The position numbers and the translations under genes were made by a program. A DNA stretch of 64,000 bases. Source: Cyanophora paradoxa CCMP329 (taxonomy: Eukaryota > Plantae > Glaucophyta). Shown piece after piece: positions 19,746 to 32,627 of the stretch. Numbering within the stretch: the stretch's first letter is position 1; every line of letters begins with the position of its first letter. Under the pieces are notes generated by a model. The model was not told the origin of the DNA, did no database searches, and worked only from the letters and a program-made list of their open reading frames with translations. Where the stretch lies: positions 1-64,000 of the forward strand of contig QPMI01000212.1 of assembly GCA_004431415.1 (NCBI GenBank), given 5' to 3'.

Positions 19746-20028
19746 ACACATAGTAAAATGCGGAGTTTTAACCAGAGGCAAGATCTAATTGAGATTCAGT
19801 TATATTATTCGGAAATATATACAGATTATCGATAGACTCAGTAAGACTAATCGGAAAATAAGAGAAATTTACGATAAAATATCGAAAAGAATACAAAATA
19901 ATCGAAATAAATGAATATTCGATAAGATATACACAGATTATCGATTGATTGAAATAGAATATACGAGATATATCAACAAAATCAATTAAGATAAGCCGAG
20001 GGTTAAAACTCCGCATTTTACTATGTGT
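19746..20028. repeat. Terminal 283-bp unit bounded by perfect 28-bp inverted repeats
   Basis: ACACATAGTAAAATGCGGAGTTTTAACC (19746-19773) and its reverse complement (20001-20028). The latter ends exactly at the AT/GC boundary. Confidence 0.9.
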
Positions 20029-23000
20029 CTGCCGCAGGTCCGGAGCTGCCCAGGAGTGGTCAGTCACCGGAATCGCGCGCACGTGCGGAGACGAGAGTGC
20101 CTGAACGTGCCTGGATTGTCAAGCCGGATCGGCCGGGGACACGGCCGTAAATCGAAGCGGGCTCCTTGAATGCGTAGTCGGCTGCGGTGCTCACTGGCGC
20201 TGCGGTCAGACGAGTCGCTCGGACGCGGTTGAAGGGAGGACGCACATCCCTCCCCGAACGAGAAGGTCGTTCCGCAGCCGCCCCAGTTGACCCACCAACG
20301 CAGCGAGAAACGGAAGAAGCGCGCCCAGTCTGACATTACGTCTCAGACAGAGATCGAAGCGGCAGGGTCGCGCCGCACCAAGATAGAAGCTCCAGGCTCC
20401 GAATGTGCCGTTGGCATACGAAATGAGGGAAACCCCGTAGTCGACCGGCACGCCGGGGGTGTTCCAGAAGGGGAAGCTCGCGGGCGAGGCGGCCCCGAGG
20501 AGCACCGAGTTAGTGAAGCGCGCCGGCGGGAACGTTGACTGGGGAGCTTGGAAGTCTTCGAAGAAGGTCGACGAGTGGTTCGTGGTCGGCACGAGGGCGA
20601 TGGCCTCTGCGGTCTGGTCGTAGATGAGGGACGACTTGACATAGACGTAGTGCAGCGAGATCTCGTCCACCGCGTTGCCTGCACGGGCGGCTGTCACGGC
20701 CCGCTCCGAGCGCGCGCACGTGCACCTTGCAGCAAGCGCGCACCGTCATCGAAGCCCGTGAAGCCGGAGACGGCGAAGGCCCAATCGCGCTTCGGTCTCC
20801 AGTTGGGAAGCACGACGCACTCGACCGTCTGGACGCTCTCGACAAAGACATCGGCGCACCGCTCCGCCGCGTTCGCGTTGACCCTGTAGTTCGACCGCAC
20901 GAACAGGCGGACGCGGGTCGGCCAGGGATCGGGGTCGCCGCGCAGCCGCGCGCGCTCGCGCATGTCGGCCGTGTCAGGGATGTCGAACGTCGAGAGGAGG
21001 GTGCGCCCGGGCCAGTACAGCTGCACGCGACGCTGCGCAGAGAAGACGACGGCGCTGATGCCACCGGTCGGGAGGTAGCCGACGAGCGGAACGTAGAGCT
21101 TGCGGTCCGCGCCGTCCGGGCTGGTGCGCGGGCCGTAGCTGAGGATGACGCCGCCGCCGCCGCGCGTGTCGGAGCCCATCGAGACCTCGGCGTCGAACCG
21201 GAACTGGTCGGAGTAGTAGGCGCCCGAGCTCCAGTCCGCGGGGTAGAAAACGATCCCGCCGTACTGGGGCCCGGGGACGCCGGCCCGCGCGAGGCGCAGC
21301 CTCTCCAGGTGCTCCGTCTTCCACTCGCGCTCGGAGCAGGATTGGAAGTAGTTGCAGTGGCCGTCCATGAAGGTCGGCGTGTTGCCCGCCGAGCCGTACA
21401 GCCCCCACGTCGGCATATAGCCGGTGGCCAGCGTCCTTTGCGCTTTGCTCTTCCAGAACCCCGTGTTGAGTACGACGACGGCGCCGGGCAGGGTCGTGTC
21501 CGCCTCTGCCTTCAAGTAGCGTGTGACCTCCCGTGACCCAAGGGAGACGTCGCCCCCGACCTCCAGCGCCCCGATGCTGGTCTTGACGTCCCAGTAGCCT
21601 TGCCAGCTCGGCGTCAGCTTCTGCCTGCAGAGGTAGCCCCAGTCGCCCATGTTGCACGGCGAGGCCCCGGAGTCTTTGATGTCTGGAACGCGCAGTGTGA
21701 GGTGGGAGCGGGGCGCGGGCGCGGCGCGGGCGGGGGACGTCGACGGCGCACTGTGGTCCCAACCGACCCATCTTATGGGCGGGAGTACGCCGTCATACCG
21801 CGGGCCCGTGTCGACGGCGAAGAACGTCCCGTCACTGTCTTCCAGCGCAAGGCTGCCGATCGCGAGGAACCATAGGCTCTGCACGGGGAAAGCCACGTTC
21901 AGCGGCCTTGTGACCGTCGTTACGCCGCCCGCGTTCCACGCCGACACGAAGACGGTGCGCTGGCCCCACGTCGAGAAGTCCTTCGTGCCAGAGTGCGTCT
22001 CGAACTGCGGGCCGCAGAACTCCTCTTCGTCGAAGTCCGCCTGGTAGCGCTCGCTGGCCGGGACGGACAGAGTCGTCCCGTCGCCGAACGAGATGTTCCA
22101 GGAGATGGGGGCGACGCCCGTGAGGTCGCCCGTGACCTTCACCGTGTACGTGTATTGCAGGAACGGAACCTGAGGAATAATTAAGGAAACAGCGTCACAG
22201 CTGCACTTGATAGATAGATAGCGCGATACCAACGGGGCGCACCCACTGGACAGCGCAGAGGGTGCCCTCGGGACACGCTGGGTTGCGTTTCCGCTTGAGG
22301 GTCGGCCAGTTGAAGGTGACCTCGACGCTGGGCGGGGGCCGGCTCTGGACCGTGATTGTCGAGGTCACGGCCGTGGTGCCGACGGTGTTTGCGGCGCTGA
22401 TCTCCACACTGTGCTGGCCGACGGCGCAGAAGCGGCGAATGAAGGTCATCCCGCCCTGCCTGGCGATTTTGGCCCCATTGAAACTCCACTGGTACTGAAC
22501 CGGCGCGGCCGACGCGTTCGACGGCGGCATGTAGGCATCGATCGTCGCGAATTCGCCCCAGAAAGCAGGCGAACGGAGGATAGCCTGGGGCGGCGGCGGC
22601 TCCCGCGCTGCGGAGGCGTCACGGATGGCGATCGCGATCAAAGTCGGACGGCGCGGCGCGGCACACAGGCGATCTCGAAACGGTACACGGGCGCGGCGTA
22701 GGTTTCTTTGAAATCTCCGCTGTCGTAGTACGCGTACAGATACGCACTCCGGACACCGAAACTGCATGCGACGGGCGGCGATCAGATGGGTCTGATCATG
22801 AGTGGAATCTCAAAAAGCCAGGCACCGATCGAACGAAATCTGCGTGCTGCGCTCGTCGTACCGCGTGAACCCGCCACGATCAGCGATGACCCACCACCTG
22901 CGACGAGGTCAGCTGCGAAGAACGCAAGGCCGGGCCTCTCTCGCCAGGTCGGCTGCGGGATGCCTACGCAGACGTCAGGCGCGCGGCTCGCAACACAGCG

Positions 23001-26000
23001 CTAGCGGTGCCAGCGACGGACCCGAGAAGTCGGTGAAGGAAGGCATGAACAGGACCGGGACGAATGACTCGCTGCGCCGCGGCGGCGCCGGTGAATTTAC
23101 AGAGCGGGACTGACATGTACACCATCCGAGAAGCTTTAAGCGCACTGGACGGCAGGGGCCTTGAAGAAGCGAATGTCGTACGTCGCGTTTGAGGCCGGCT
23201 GCAGCGACCTGGCTGCCATCGCCAGCTGCCGGTCGACCTCTGACAGATTTCCGAAATTGATTTCCGAAATTCGAACAGAAGAGACGTTTGATTTGAGGAG
23301 GGCGCATGCGCACGGGCGAGGATGGTGAGCCAGTATGTGTCCGCCTCGACATTAAAGGTCGTCTGAGAGCTCTCCGAGATGCCGTTGCGCCCGAACATCG
23401 TGATCTTAATGTAGTACGTTCCTGCGAAGCTGTTAGGTGGACGGCGCGGAGTTCTCGAGCGGACTGGTGGCGGAAAGCATACCGGCCGTGGGGAATTCTG
23501 AGTAGCAGTGGAAAAGGGGTGAGCGAGAGAAGAAAAGAGCGATCGCGAGGGGAGAGGCGCGACGCACGGAGCTGGCAGCTCAGCTTGCCGCCGCAGAGCC
23601 CCTCGATGTCGACGCCCGAGTCGGTCTCCCACTTGAAGGAGAGGAGCTTGTCGCCCGCCGTCTGGATCGCCTCGAGGAACGCGGGCCGGCCCTGCAAAGG
23701 GTCGGAAGGAGGATCCCGGAAGGAGATCTAGAAGGAGGAAGGGAGCAGAGCGGAGCGGAGCAATTTTCCGCTATCGTATAAACCAATGGTCGGTTATGAA
23801 GGTGTAAAAACTATCATGGATTTATTATTTAATAGCTTAAATTTAAAAGATAGAAAAAGGCCGGACCACGAGGATGCGGCCCGTGCTGAGCTCGAGGCCC
23901 GTGATGCCGACCGTGGGCGCGGGCGCCTCGTCGGGCTCCACTCTGACGCAACTGCGCATGCACGTTCAGTTCAACTGTTCGTTCGTTCGTTCAGCTGTTC
24001 AGTGAAGTCGACAGCGCACAAGTTCCACATCGGGCGGGGCTCGAAGTACACCGTGAAGAGGTCAAAGTCGTGCTTGATCTGTCGGGCAAAATTAAATGTG
24101 AGTCGGCGTCTTCGTGAAGACGAAGCAGAGGCGCGCGTTCGCGATGGAGAAGCGCTGCTCGGGGATCGTCAGGACGCCCAGATCCACCCCGGGTGTCTTC
24201 AGCGCCAGCTCCGCCTCCACCCCGATCGCCGGCGTCAGGCCTGCGCGCGCGCGCGCCGGTGATCATGGGTCGCGCGCAGGGAGCGGTGAGCGGACTCGGG
24301 AGCACGGACCGATGTCGATCGACACCTCAGCAAAGTGGTGGCTGCCGGGAAAAGGCGGTCAGAGGACGTTTCTTTAGCCTCTTACCTCAGCGCCGTTCGC
24401 GATCGCGCACGAGTAATCAAGCTCGTCCGGCGGGATCCGAGCCGGATCCTTGCAGCGCCTGCACATGTGCACGCGCGCCGTCAAAAAGAGCGACGAGGAC
24501 GCGCGCTTGGGCATGTCGATCTCGAGCTCACGGCGTTGGCAGGTCGATGGTGAGGTCCACTCTGGGGGCGATGACGAAGCGCGGGCCGACGAGGTCGAAG
24601 AACTTCAGCTTGGCGCCCGTCTTGAGGCTGCGGGGCGCGAGGCGCGCGCGGCTCAGCAACGAATTCGAAGGGGAAGGCACCGCTTTCGATTCGAGATCTA
24701 GAGCGCACAGGAGCGAGATCTCGCCGCGCTGGCGGGGAATGGTGAACTGAGGGTTCGGGAAGTGCGTCTGCGCCGAAATCGTCATGATCAGTCGCAACTA
24801 AAGGTATTTACCCTGCCTTGCAATTGGATCCATTAGAGAAACATTATGCATGTGTACAACGTGTTAAAGGAGCTTCCGTTTTAGCTTCTAAAGATATATA
24901 ATGCATATGGTACATGAACGGCATGATCGAGAGAGGGCAGATTGCTCCGAGCTCGAGAAGGGATCGGCACCTCGTAGTAGAAATCGGTGATGGGCCCCCA
25001 GCCGTCGTCCGACGTGTACTGGAAGCCCACCTCCAGACCCGCGAACACCACCTGGGGGCCGGGGCGGGGCGGTCAGCCGCGAGCCTCCAGGCTGCGTGCG
25101 ACCGATCCGGCTGGACCCCTCCAGGCTATATATAGCTAACCGGGTCGAATCTGCGGGGCGGTCATGATCAGCCGTCGGTCAGCGCGCGGGATCGGAGCCG
25201 CGGTTCTCGGCCGGCGCACTTCATTATGTAGGGGTCCCCGGCGGCGTATCTCGTGTCCAGGTCGATAAAAAGGTAGCTGCGGGGCGCGGTTATCGTGAGA
25301 AGGCGGAGGGAGGAGGGGTCGAGTTGCCGGGGAGATAGATCTAGACCGAGCCCGGGCGCACCCGGTGAGGCGGCACGGGATGCCGGCGAGGTTGATCCAC
25401 TTGTCCAGGACGCGCACGGAGCACTCGATCTCGCTGGGGCCGGGGCGGGGCGGGGCGGCTCAGGTCAGAGAAGGAAGGCAAGAATACAAATGGCAACTGA
25501 AGAGTATGCTGCGCTTTTAAAGGATGTTTATAGAAGAATAACTTGGTATACGTGTGCTTTATATTCTTTGGCATAAAATAAAAGTACTAATGAGTACGCA
25601 CTTGGGGTCGCATGCCGTCGTCTTGTCGTCGTCGGGGTTCCGCCTCTTCGTGATGCCTTCGCACAGCCGCTCGAGCTCGTCGGAACAGGTGCGGCGGCGT
25701 CGCGGGTGCGGGGGAGGGGGGGGGGGGGAGGGGGGGGGGCGAAGCACCGTCCACGACCTCGCCCTTCCTCGGCTTCTTGTCGCGCGTGGCGACTCGCTTC
25801 TTCGTGCGCTGCACGCGCGTCGTGCGCTGGACGGGCTTCCCGTCGCGCCAGCCCGACCGCGTGACCGCCGGCGCGTTCACGGGCGCCGAGACGGGCCGGT
25901 CCGCGTCCTCGTTCGCCTGCCTGTGCTCCTCCAGCTCCCGCCTGCGCCGCGGCCGCGGCCGCGGCCGCGCCGTCGGCCCTCGACGACGAAGAAAACGGCA

Positions 26001-29000
26001 AAGATGTATATATATCTAGAGGAGGAGGGCGGCCTGCTCCGGATCCTAGAGGAGAGCGCAAAGATCTAGAGGAGGGCGGCCTATATATATATACTCCGGA
26101 TCCTAGCTAGCTATATAGAGGAGAGCGCAAACTTGAAAGATCTAGAGGAGGGCGGCCTGCTCACTCCTGCTGCTCGACGAGGGTCTCGTTCCGAGTGCGC
26201 TCCACCATGTAGTTGCTCGCGAGCGAGTCGAGCCCGATGCTCTCGAGCAGGTCGTCCTGCAGAGACGTACGTACGTATAAGTGAGGCGCGGGACGCGGGA
26301 CGCGCACGCCCGCCCGGGTGGGAGGGCGAGCCTGCATCTGCACGAGCATGTCCACTTCCTCGCGCGCCGCGAGGCGGACCGTGATGCCAGCGCCGGCTCC
26401 CGCCTGCACACATTAGAGAAGAAGGGGCGGAATGGAATCCAGATCCAGAGCGACCGGTACATGTACAGGCGCGCACCTCGGCCTTGAAGGAGACCTTGAA
26501 CTGGGAGAGCGAGACGCCCAGCAGGTTCGACATGTCCTCCAGGTCGATCGTCACGGTGGCCTTGATGATGACCTCGACTTGGCCGGGGTTCATGAGCACG
26601 CTTCGGCGCTGTCAGCGGCGGGCGGGCGGTGCTGGGCGGAGGGCGGAGGGAGGGCGGGCCGCACAAGCAGTTGTGGCAGAAGACGTGAAGGGTCTCGGTC
26701 TCGCTTCCTGCGGGGGGCCGGGATCAGTGCATTGGACAAGGGGCACCGATGGGGCGATTGGAGGGGGGGGGGAAGGGGGAGGGGGGTACCGAGGAGATCA
26801 ATCGGCTTGACGGCAGAGCGGGTTTCGGGGTCTGAGCGCGCGGCAGCTTTAGAGGAAGAATTCGAGGCGCGTCTTAACGCGGGTGCGAAGACGGACCGTA
26901 GTTGAATCCCTTGAGGCCCCTGCGAACGCTGAGTTAAACGTGGACAGAATGTATTACTGCTCCCTCTAGCTATATATATATAGCGCGCACTTCTTGCCCG
27001 AGGAGGCGAGGCTCGACTGCAGCTTGGAGAGGGTGTCCGTGAGCCCCGGGATATCGACGCTGAGGCTCCCCGAGAGGAGGTCGTACAGGACCCGCGCCTC
27101 GACGTTGATGCTGCGCGGAGCACATTTAAATGAAAATGCGTCGCGGAGCCCAGCGCTGAATATATATGAATATTGTTATACTTCGTCGCTTTTAAAAAAT
27201 AATGAGCGGAATGCAGGAAAAATATGAATATCATTAGCAGAATGCTGGATTAAATTTTGGATATTCGTTAGAGAATGCTGGATTAAAATATGGATATTCA
27301 GCGGGACGGCGCCGGCTGCGGGCGGAGGCTGGAGCTGCAGGCTCCGGATCTGGTGGGAGGCCCGCGCACTCATACTGGCCTCCGAGGTCGTCGATGAAGT
27401 CTTCGCGGGGCCGCGGCCGGGCGTCAGCCGCGCAGGATCGAATTTGAAGGGGACCGGGGCGGGAGCTAAAGCGGAGGGCACTGTCACAGTGTACCTGCGA
27501 CGGCGTCGAAGGCGTCCGCGATGTCGTCGAAGAATCGCAGCTGGCGTCCGGGTCGGCTCGTCGGCTCGGAGGGTTTTGTTTGTTTTTGGGGGGGTTTTTT
27601 TGGGGGGGGGGGAGGGGGGGACCTGGCGCCCGTGCTTCTTGCGGAGCCCCCCGACGGCCGCCCGCAGCTCCCCCCGGTCCTCCTCGGTGAAGGTACGGTT
27701 GGCGACCAGGAACGGCCGCAGCGACTCGGCGAGGTCCTGCCGCCGCGCCGCGTCAGGCGCGCACTGGCGGGGGGGGGGGGGGGGGGGGGGGGGGGGGCGG
27801 GGGGGGGGCGGGGGGGGGGGTTTCGCCTTCATCGCCTCGGCGCGCCGCTCGGCGTGCAGGAGCGGCCGGTGGAGGGAGGGCGAGCGGCCCGGGGACCGCT
27901 CCTTTCGCCGCAGCTTGGAGAGGTACCTGCGCCGACGAACTTCGGACGAGGGCCGGGTCCGTGGGGGGGGGGGGGGGGGGGGGGGGGAAGGGCCGCGGAC
28001 GACTCGGGATCGTGGAGCACGGGGTACGTCTTTGCGCGCGGGGGGCCCGGGCCGGGGTGAGAGGAGCGGGCGGCGGCGGCGTGAAGCTTAAGGGAGGGGG
28101 GGGCATACGACGTTGAAGCGGAGGTCGAGGTGCTCCCACAGGTCCAGGGCGGCGGCGGGGCGCGTGAAGAGCGTGACGCCGCCCCGCGTCTGCACCGAGT
28201 CGAGCAGCTGGCGGTAGACGGGCCCGGGCTCCCCCTGGCCGTCCGCGCAGCCCCACGCGTCCGAGCCTACGACGAAGGCGCCGTGGGGCAGCCTCGAGAG
28301 CCGCTCGGCGGCGGCGCGGCTCCCGGTGGCGACGTGCAGCGCGCCGGGCATGCAGCGCACGGCCTCGACGCCGTCGTCCGCGTCCAGATTGTGGACGTGC
28401 TCGCGCGGCACCTGGCCGGTCGACGCGTTAGCTACAGACGGAAGCGCGGCTTTAATTGTCGTAGTCACGGCGGCTAACGCTATAGACGCTATAGACGAAA
28501 TAGCTATTGTCGTAGTCGACCCGTTAGCTATATATAGACGAAAGCGCGGCTTTGATTTTTTTTCGCGCACGGCGTGGTCGTAGTGGAGGTCGACGGTGTG
28601 GCCCGTGCGCAGCCGGCGCGAGACGTGCTGCGAGTAGGCCTTCCGCTTCCGCAGCGCATGGGCGGGGAGCCAGGCCAGCTGCGCGGTTGGCGCGCCGTCA
28701 GGAGCGCGCCGGCGCGGTTATAATTAGCTACAGGAGTGCGCCTGCGGATAGGTCTGCTCCAGGGGGTGCCGTCGCAGCCTCGCGGGGTGCGCATGCGCAT
28801 GCATATGCGAGCTGGCGTGGTGGCGGGCGCCGTTGATCGCGTTCGCGTGGGCGTTGCCGGCGCCGTGAGATCGGTGCTGCGGCGGCGCGTGCACGTGCTC
28901 CCGTCCCTCGCCGCCAGGGCCGTGCGGATGCCGCCCCACAGACCAGCGCGTGTCCGGCACTGTCCATTAGCCATAGAGTCAGTTCTGCGGCGAGCTGCAC

Positions 29001-29379
29001 CAAGAGGGGACCTCGTACCATGAGAAAACCAATCGATTTCATGCGCTGCGAGGGGAGGGCGCGCCGGCGGTTTGTGTGGTCGACGTCGGACCTCGGTCAG
29101 TTACAACCTCGGGGCGCCGGCGCGGCGCGTGGCACGATGCGAGGGCGAAGCGCGGCGCAAGCTAAATGGTCGGACCTGTCGACGTGTGCAATTCTTCAAT
29201 GCCGAAAGGCGCGGGCTGCGCGCGATCGTCAAGTCGGAGGTGAGCCCTAGGCCTCCGACTCGGCGACGCGATCGACTGGCCGCGCGCGCGGCGCGCACCT
29301 TGCGCTGAGGACGAGCCTCTGCGCCGAGTGCTGCAACAAGAAGCAGCAGGCACGCGCAGAGGATGGGCCCGATAGACAT
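20029..29379 (-). CDS. Large multi-exon secreted protein with PKD domains and L-type-lectin-like segments, 3'-truncated by the provirus
   Basis: Signal peptide MSIGPILCACLLLLVAALGAEA at 29379. PKD patterns WNISFGDGT..VFVSAWNAGG and YQWSFNG..VEISAANTVG. Lectin-like YGGIVFYP..FRFDAEV..WAFAVSGFTG. That all exons form one gene is inferred. Confidence 0.55.
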
Positions 29380-29878
29380 AACGGCTGCTGCGCATGCGGC
29401 CACCGGCCGCGGCCGCGGGCCCGGGTCCCGCGACCGCCGGCCGCGGCGGCCGAGCATCGTTCTCCACGCCAGCCAACTTGAGCCAAGGCCTGTAGCTACG
29501 TATAAACTCTGCTCCGCCAGCCTAACTGCTGACGACCGCGATCCGTCGCGGCGCGCCGAACGAGCTGAATTCGAACTTGGAAGGCTGGACGGTCGGACAG
29601 CCGCGCCGGCCCGGCGGGGAAGATGCCGGGGGAAGATACAGCTGCTGCCGCAGTGCCTCAGCTCTCAGGGCCTGCGCTGCTGCGCACCTCGAGCTCGGTC
29701 CAAGGTCGACGGTCCTGCAGCCAGTGCAGCTGCCAGCTGCCGCAGGCCCGCAGTGCCACGGTACCGGTGCCGGCGTGCCGCAGTGCTGCTCTCCAGGCTG
29801 CAGCGCTAGCTACGCAGCCTACCGGTACGCGTGCTGTCCGGTAGTTTTCAAGTTTCGCGGGCGCTCGCGACTCGCGAG

Positions 29879-31446
29879 CAGGGATGTGAAAATTATTGGG
29901 GGTCCCCCGAGGGTCCAAAACTTATGGCGATAATTTTTCCCTTGTATGTATAATTTATGGAAAATTATGGGAAAAATTATGCCATACAAAGCGGAAAAGT
30001 TTCGTCGCTCAGCCTTGTTTCGTTGCTCAGAAGCATTATATGCTTGTTAAAGTGCTTTATTGACTCTCAGAAATATGTCCTGGGCCGCTAATGACGCTCT
30101 GGAGCAATTTTTTTTATGTAACGCAGTAATCTATTCAGTTCATAATCACTAAGACAAAAGTACTGAGCCGACACGGCACAACATCCAAGGATGAGGCCTA
30201 TAACGTCAACTCGCCCCACAAGGGAGCATATACTCTGAACTAGAGAAAAGAAACACGAATAGAAGTTCCCCCATGGGTTTTACTCCTACCACTGCCGACC
30301 ATCTGCTGGATTCCTAGGGCAACGAAGGCCGGACTATATTCTGCATATGTGGCAGAGTCCTCCTCCAAGCAGAAAACTTGCGCCCTCCGGCCACAAGGGA
30401 TCCCTGTCGCCGCTCCCTATGAAAGGATTACAGCTAAGGGTGGTGCTAGCCGTAGCTGGGGGTGCACGCAGCTCGTCGCCACCGCATCAAGGCTGAAGTC
30501 GAAAATTGACCACCATCCGCTAGTGGTGAGTACTACGGTTTCGCGTTGTTCCAGGCACGCGCTCAGCTGACTGCGCCACGCCAGCTGTGGACTGAATGTG
30601 CTACTGGAGAAGAGGCCTGGAAACCGGGTCCTGGGGGACCCGGGCGAAAACCAGGGGGCGCACGGCATCGCCAGCCGCAGCCAGCGACCTGTGCTCCTCG
30701 GCCGAGAGATACCGCCTCCAGCTGGCGCGCGCGCGTGCGAAGTCCGCTGCGGCGGGGGTTGGGAGGCCCCGGGCCGCCCGAGTGCTCAGAAGCACGTCGC
30801 CTCGCCAGGAGTCCAAGCATCTGTGCGGCCGCGACGCCCACGGCCGCGACGCGGGCGCGCAATCACACGACCGACGATCATCTGCGCGGGCGCAACGCAG
30901 GTCGCCGGCCCCATAGCAGCGGGCGGCCGATCGCTGCCGCAGAGAAGTGCTTGGGCTGAACGAGAGAGCAGCTGCTGAAGCCGCCGCTGGTGTCCGCTGG
31001 AGTAGCTCGCCGAACCGACCCGCGATGCAGAGTCCTAACGGACGCGCGGCAAACCAGCTAGGGAAGGGCTAAAGGCACCGCCGAGGCGATTCGCGGCAGC
31101 CGGAGAGGCGCCCGGCGGGCAGGAGCCCGCCACCTACTTCCTCTCCAGGTCGGGGTACGCGAATCCAATGACGCTCTGGAGCAAGGATGGCTGGGTGACA
31201 GAGGGGGGGTAGGGGCTCTTAGAGAGGGGAAGAGGCGCCGACGCACCTCACATTCAGCACCCGCAAAGCAGCCTTATTTGCTTTCAATACACTGTACATC
31301 TATCTTATAATTAGAGGCGCCAGGGGGGTGTCCTCTAAAAATTTTCTATAAATTATGGATGGCCGAAACGGGGGGCAAAAATTATCCCATAATTTTTCGA
31401 AAAATTATGGAATACTTTTTCCATAATTTATGGGCGGCAAACCCTG
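29879..31446. mobile_element. Non-autonomous hAT-type DNA transposon
   Basis: Termini CAGGGATGTGAAA...AAACCCTG, an 8-bp target-site duplication (TSD) CTCGCGAG (29871-29878, 31447-31454), and subterminal AATTATGG/CCATAATT repeats at both ends. Confidence 0.85.
30108..31166 (-). mobile_element. Retroposed insertion (5'-truncated LINE or SINE-like) nested in the hAT element
   Basis: 18-bp direct repeat AATGACGCTCTGGAGCAA at 30090-30107 and 31167-31184, with a T8 tract (poly-A on minus) abutting the left copy. Confidence 0.75.
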
Positions 31447-32627
31447 CTCGCGAGTCGCGCCACGCGGCAAGCGCCGGACGCCGCCGGGACGCGTACGCGC
31501 GCGGCGCGCGCCACCGCCGCCACGCGGCATGCGCAATTGCAAGCTCGAGCTTATGATCATCTGCATGATTCATGATCAAATCTTGGCTCGGAATCGATAT
31601 CATGATCAGGCTCGGAAGTTGTCGGAACAGAGGTTACAGAGCATCCGATGATCGGAGGCCTTCATGGATCGAAGCTCCACATCAATTGCAACGTCGCGGA
31701 GGTTCCGAGTTTGAACACACCTAGATCGATCTAGAAAATGATTGAATTTGTCAGCATTTTCTGCTTATGCGCTGCTGGCCGCTCTGGCAGCCTGCTGCTT
31801 TTAATGTGCATGCGGAGTCTCATTGCGGACCGCCAATTGCATTTTTTTTGGTGAATTAACGGCGCAATTAACCGCCCCAACTTGGCGAATTGGCCCCCAA
31901 TTTGCCGGCAGCAGGCCGGGGCCCGGGGGTGCCAGGCTGCCACTGCCAGCACTGCCAGGCCCTGAGCAGAACTTGCTGCAGAACTTCGGAAGCTCCAGCC
32001 AATCATTACTGTTGCAAAGTTCATCGATATCAATGTCAAGTTCATTGTCAACGTTAACATTGCAATTGTCAAGCATTGTCAACAAGTTGACATCAACTTG
32101 ACAACGTTAACAACTTGTCAGTGACACTCATTGTCGATGTCATATTGCATGAAAGGCCGCCGCTCCGGGCTGCGTTTACCGTGAACGTTCATTATCATGA
32201 TCATCATAGATATCGGATCACGATATCGATTTCATGATGCATGCGCATCATATACATGTCTTCCGTCACTCATGGTTTCAGATCTAGAAACCGCGGCGTG
32301 CTACGTGTAAATAATTATAATCAAACTTTTTGATTCTGCATGCATATGCCATGACTCAGACAGTCACTCAATGATGTGCACTGCGGCATGCGCACGTGGT
32401 GTAGTTTTGGTGACTAAGTTACTAAAGTTATCACTGTGAGTCTAAATCTAATGCCGGGCATTGGCTGAAACAGACCGCGGCCGAGTCTGAAAATGTAGGT
32501 ATTTCTAGTGCCGGTGCCGGATACTATGATGATTAATATTCACCATGAAAACCGACGCATTTGTAGGTTTTCTTAACAATCTAGGCACCAAGAAAGATAT
32601 GGGGAGCTAGCTGGCCGCAGGCTACAG

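Larger units (their letters stand above)
1..20028. mobile_element. Endogenous Polinton-like virus / virophage-like provirus (left end beyond window)
   Basis: AT-rich, gene-dense, intron-less block with an abrupt switch to GC-rich host DNA at 20028/20029. It encodes the PLV core set: primase-helicase, packaging ATPase, major capsid protein, pentons and fibres. No integrase, recombinase or pPolB is visible in the window. Confidence 0.92.

Noticed and set aside
1-20028. Bacteriophage or prophage contamination (phage-like fibres, speD)
   Set aside because: The A32 ATPase, jelly-roll capsid and pentons, with no terminase, portal or Shine-Dalgarno pattern, indicate a eukaryotic PLV-type virus.
1-20028. 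Classical Maverick/Polinton or bona fide virophage assignment
   Set aside because: No pPolB, retroviral-type integrase or cysteine maturation protease is visible; the left part is missing, so finer classification is not supportable.
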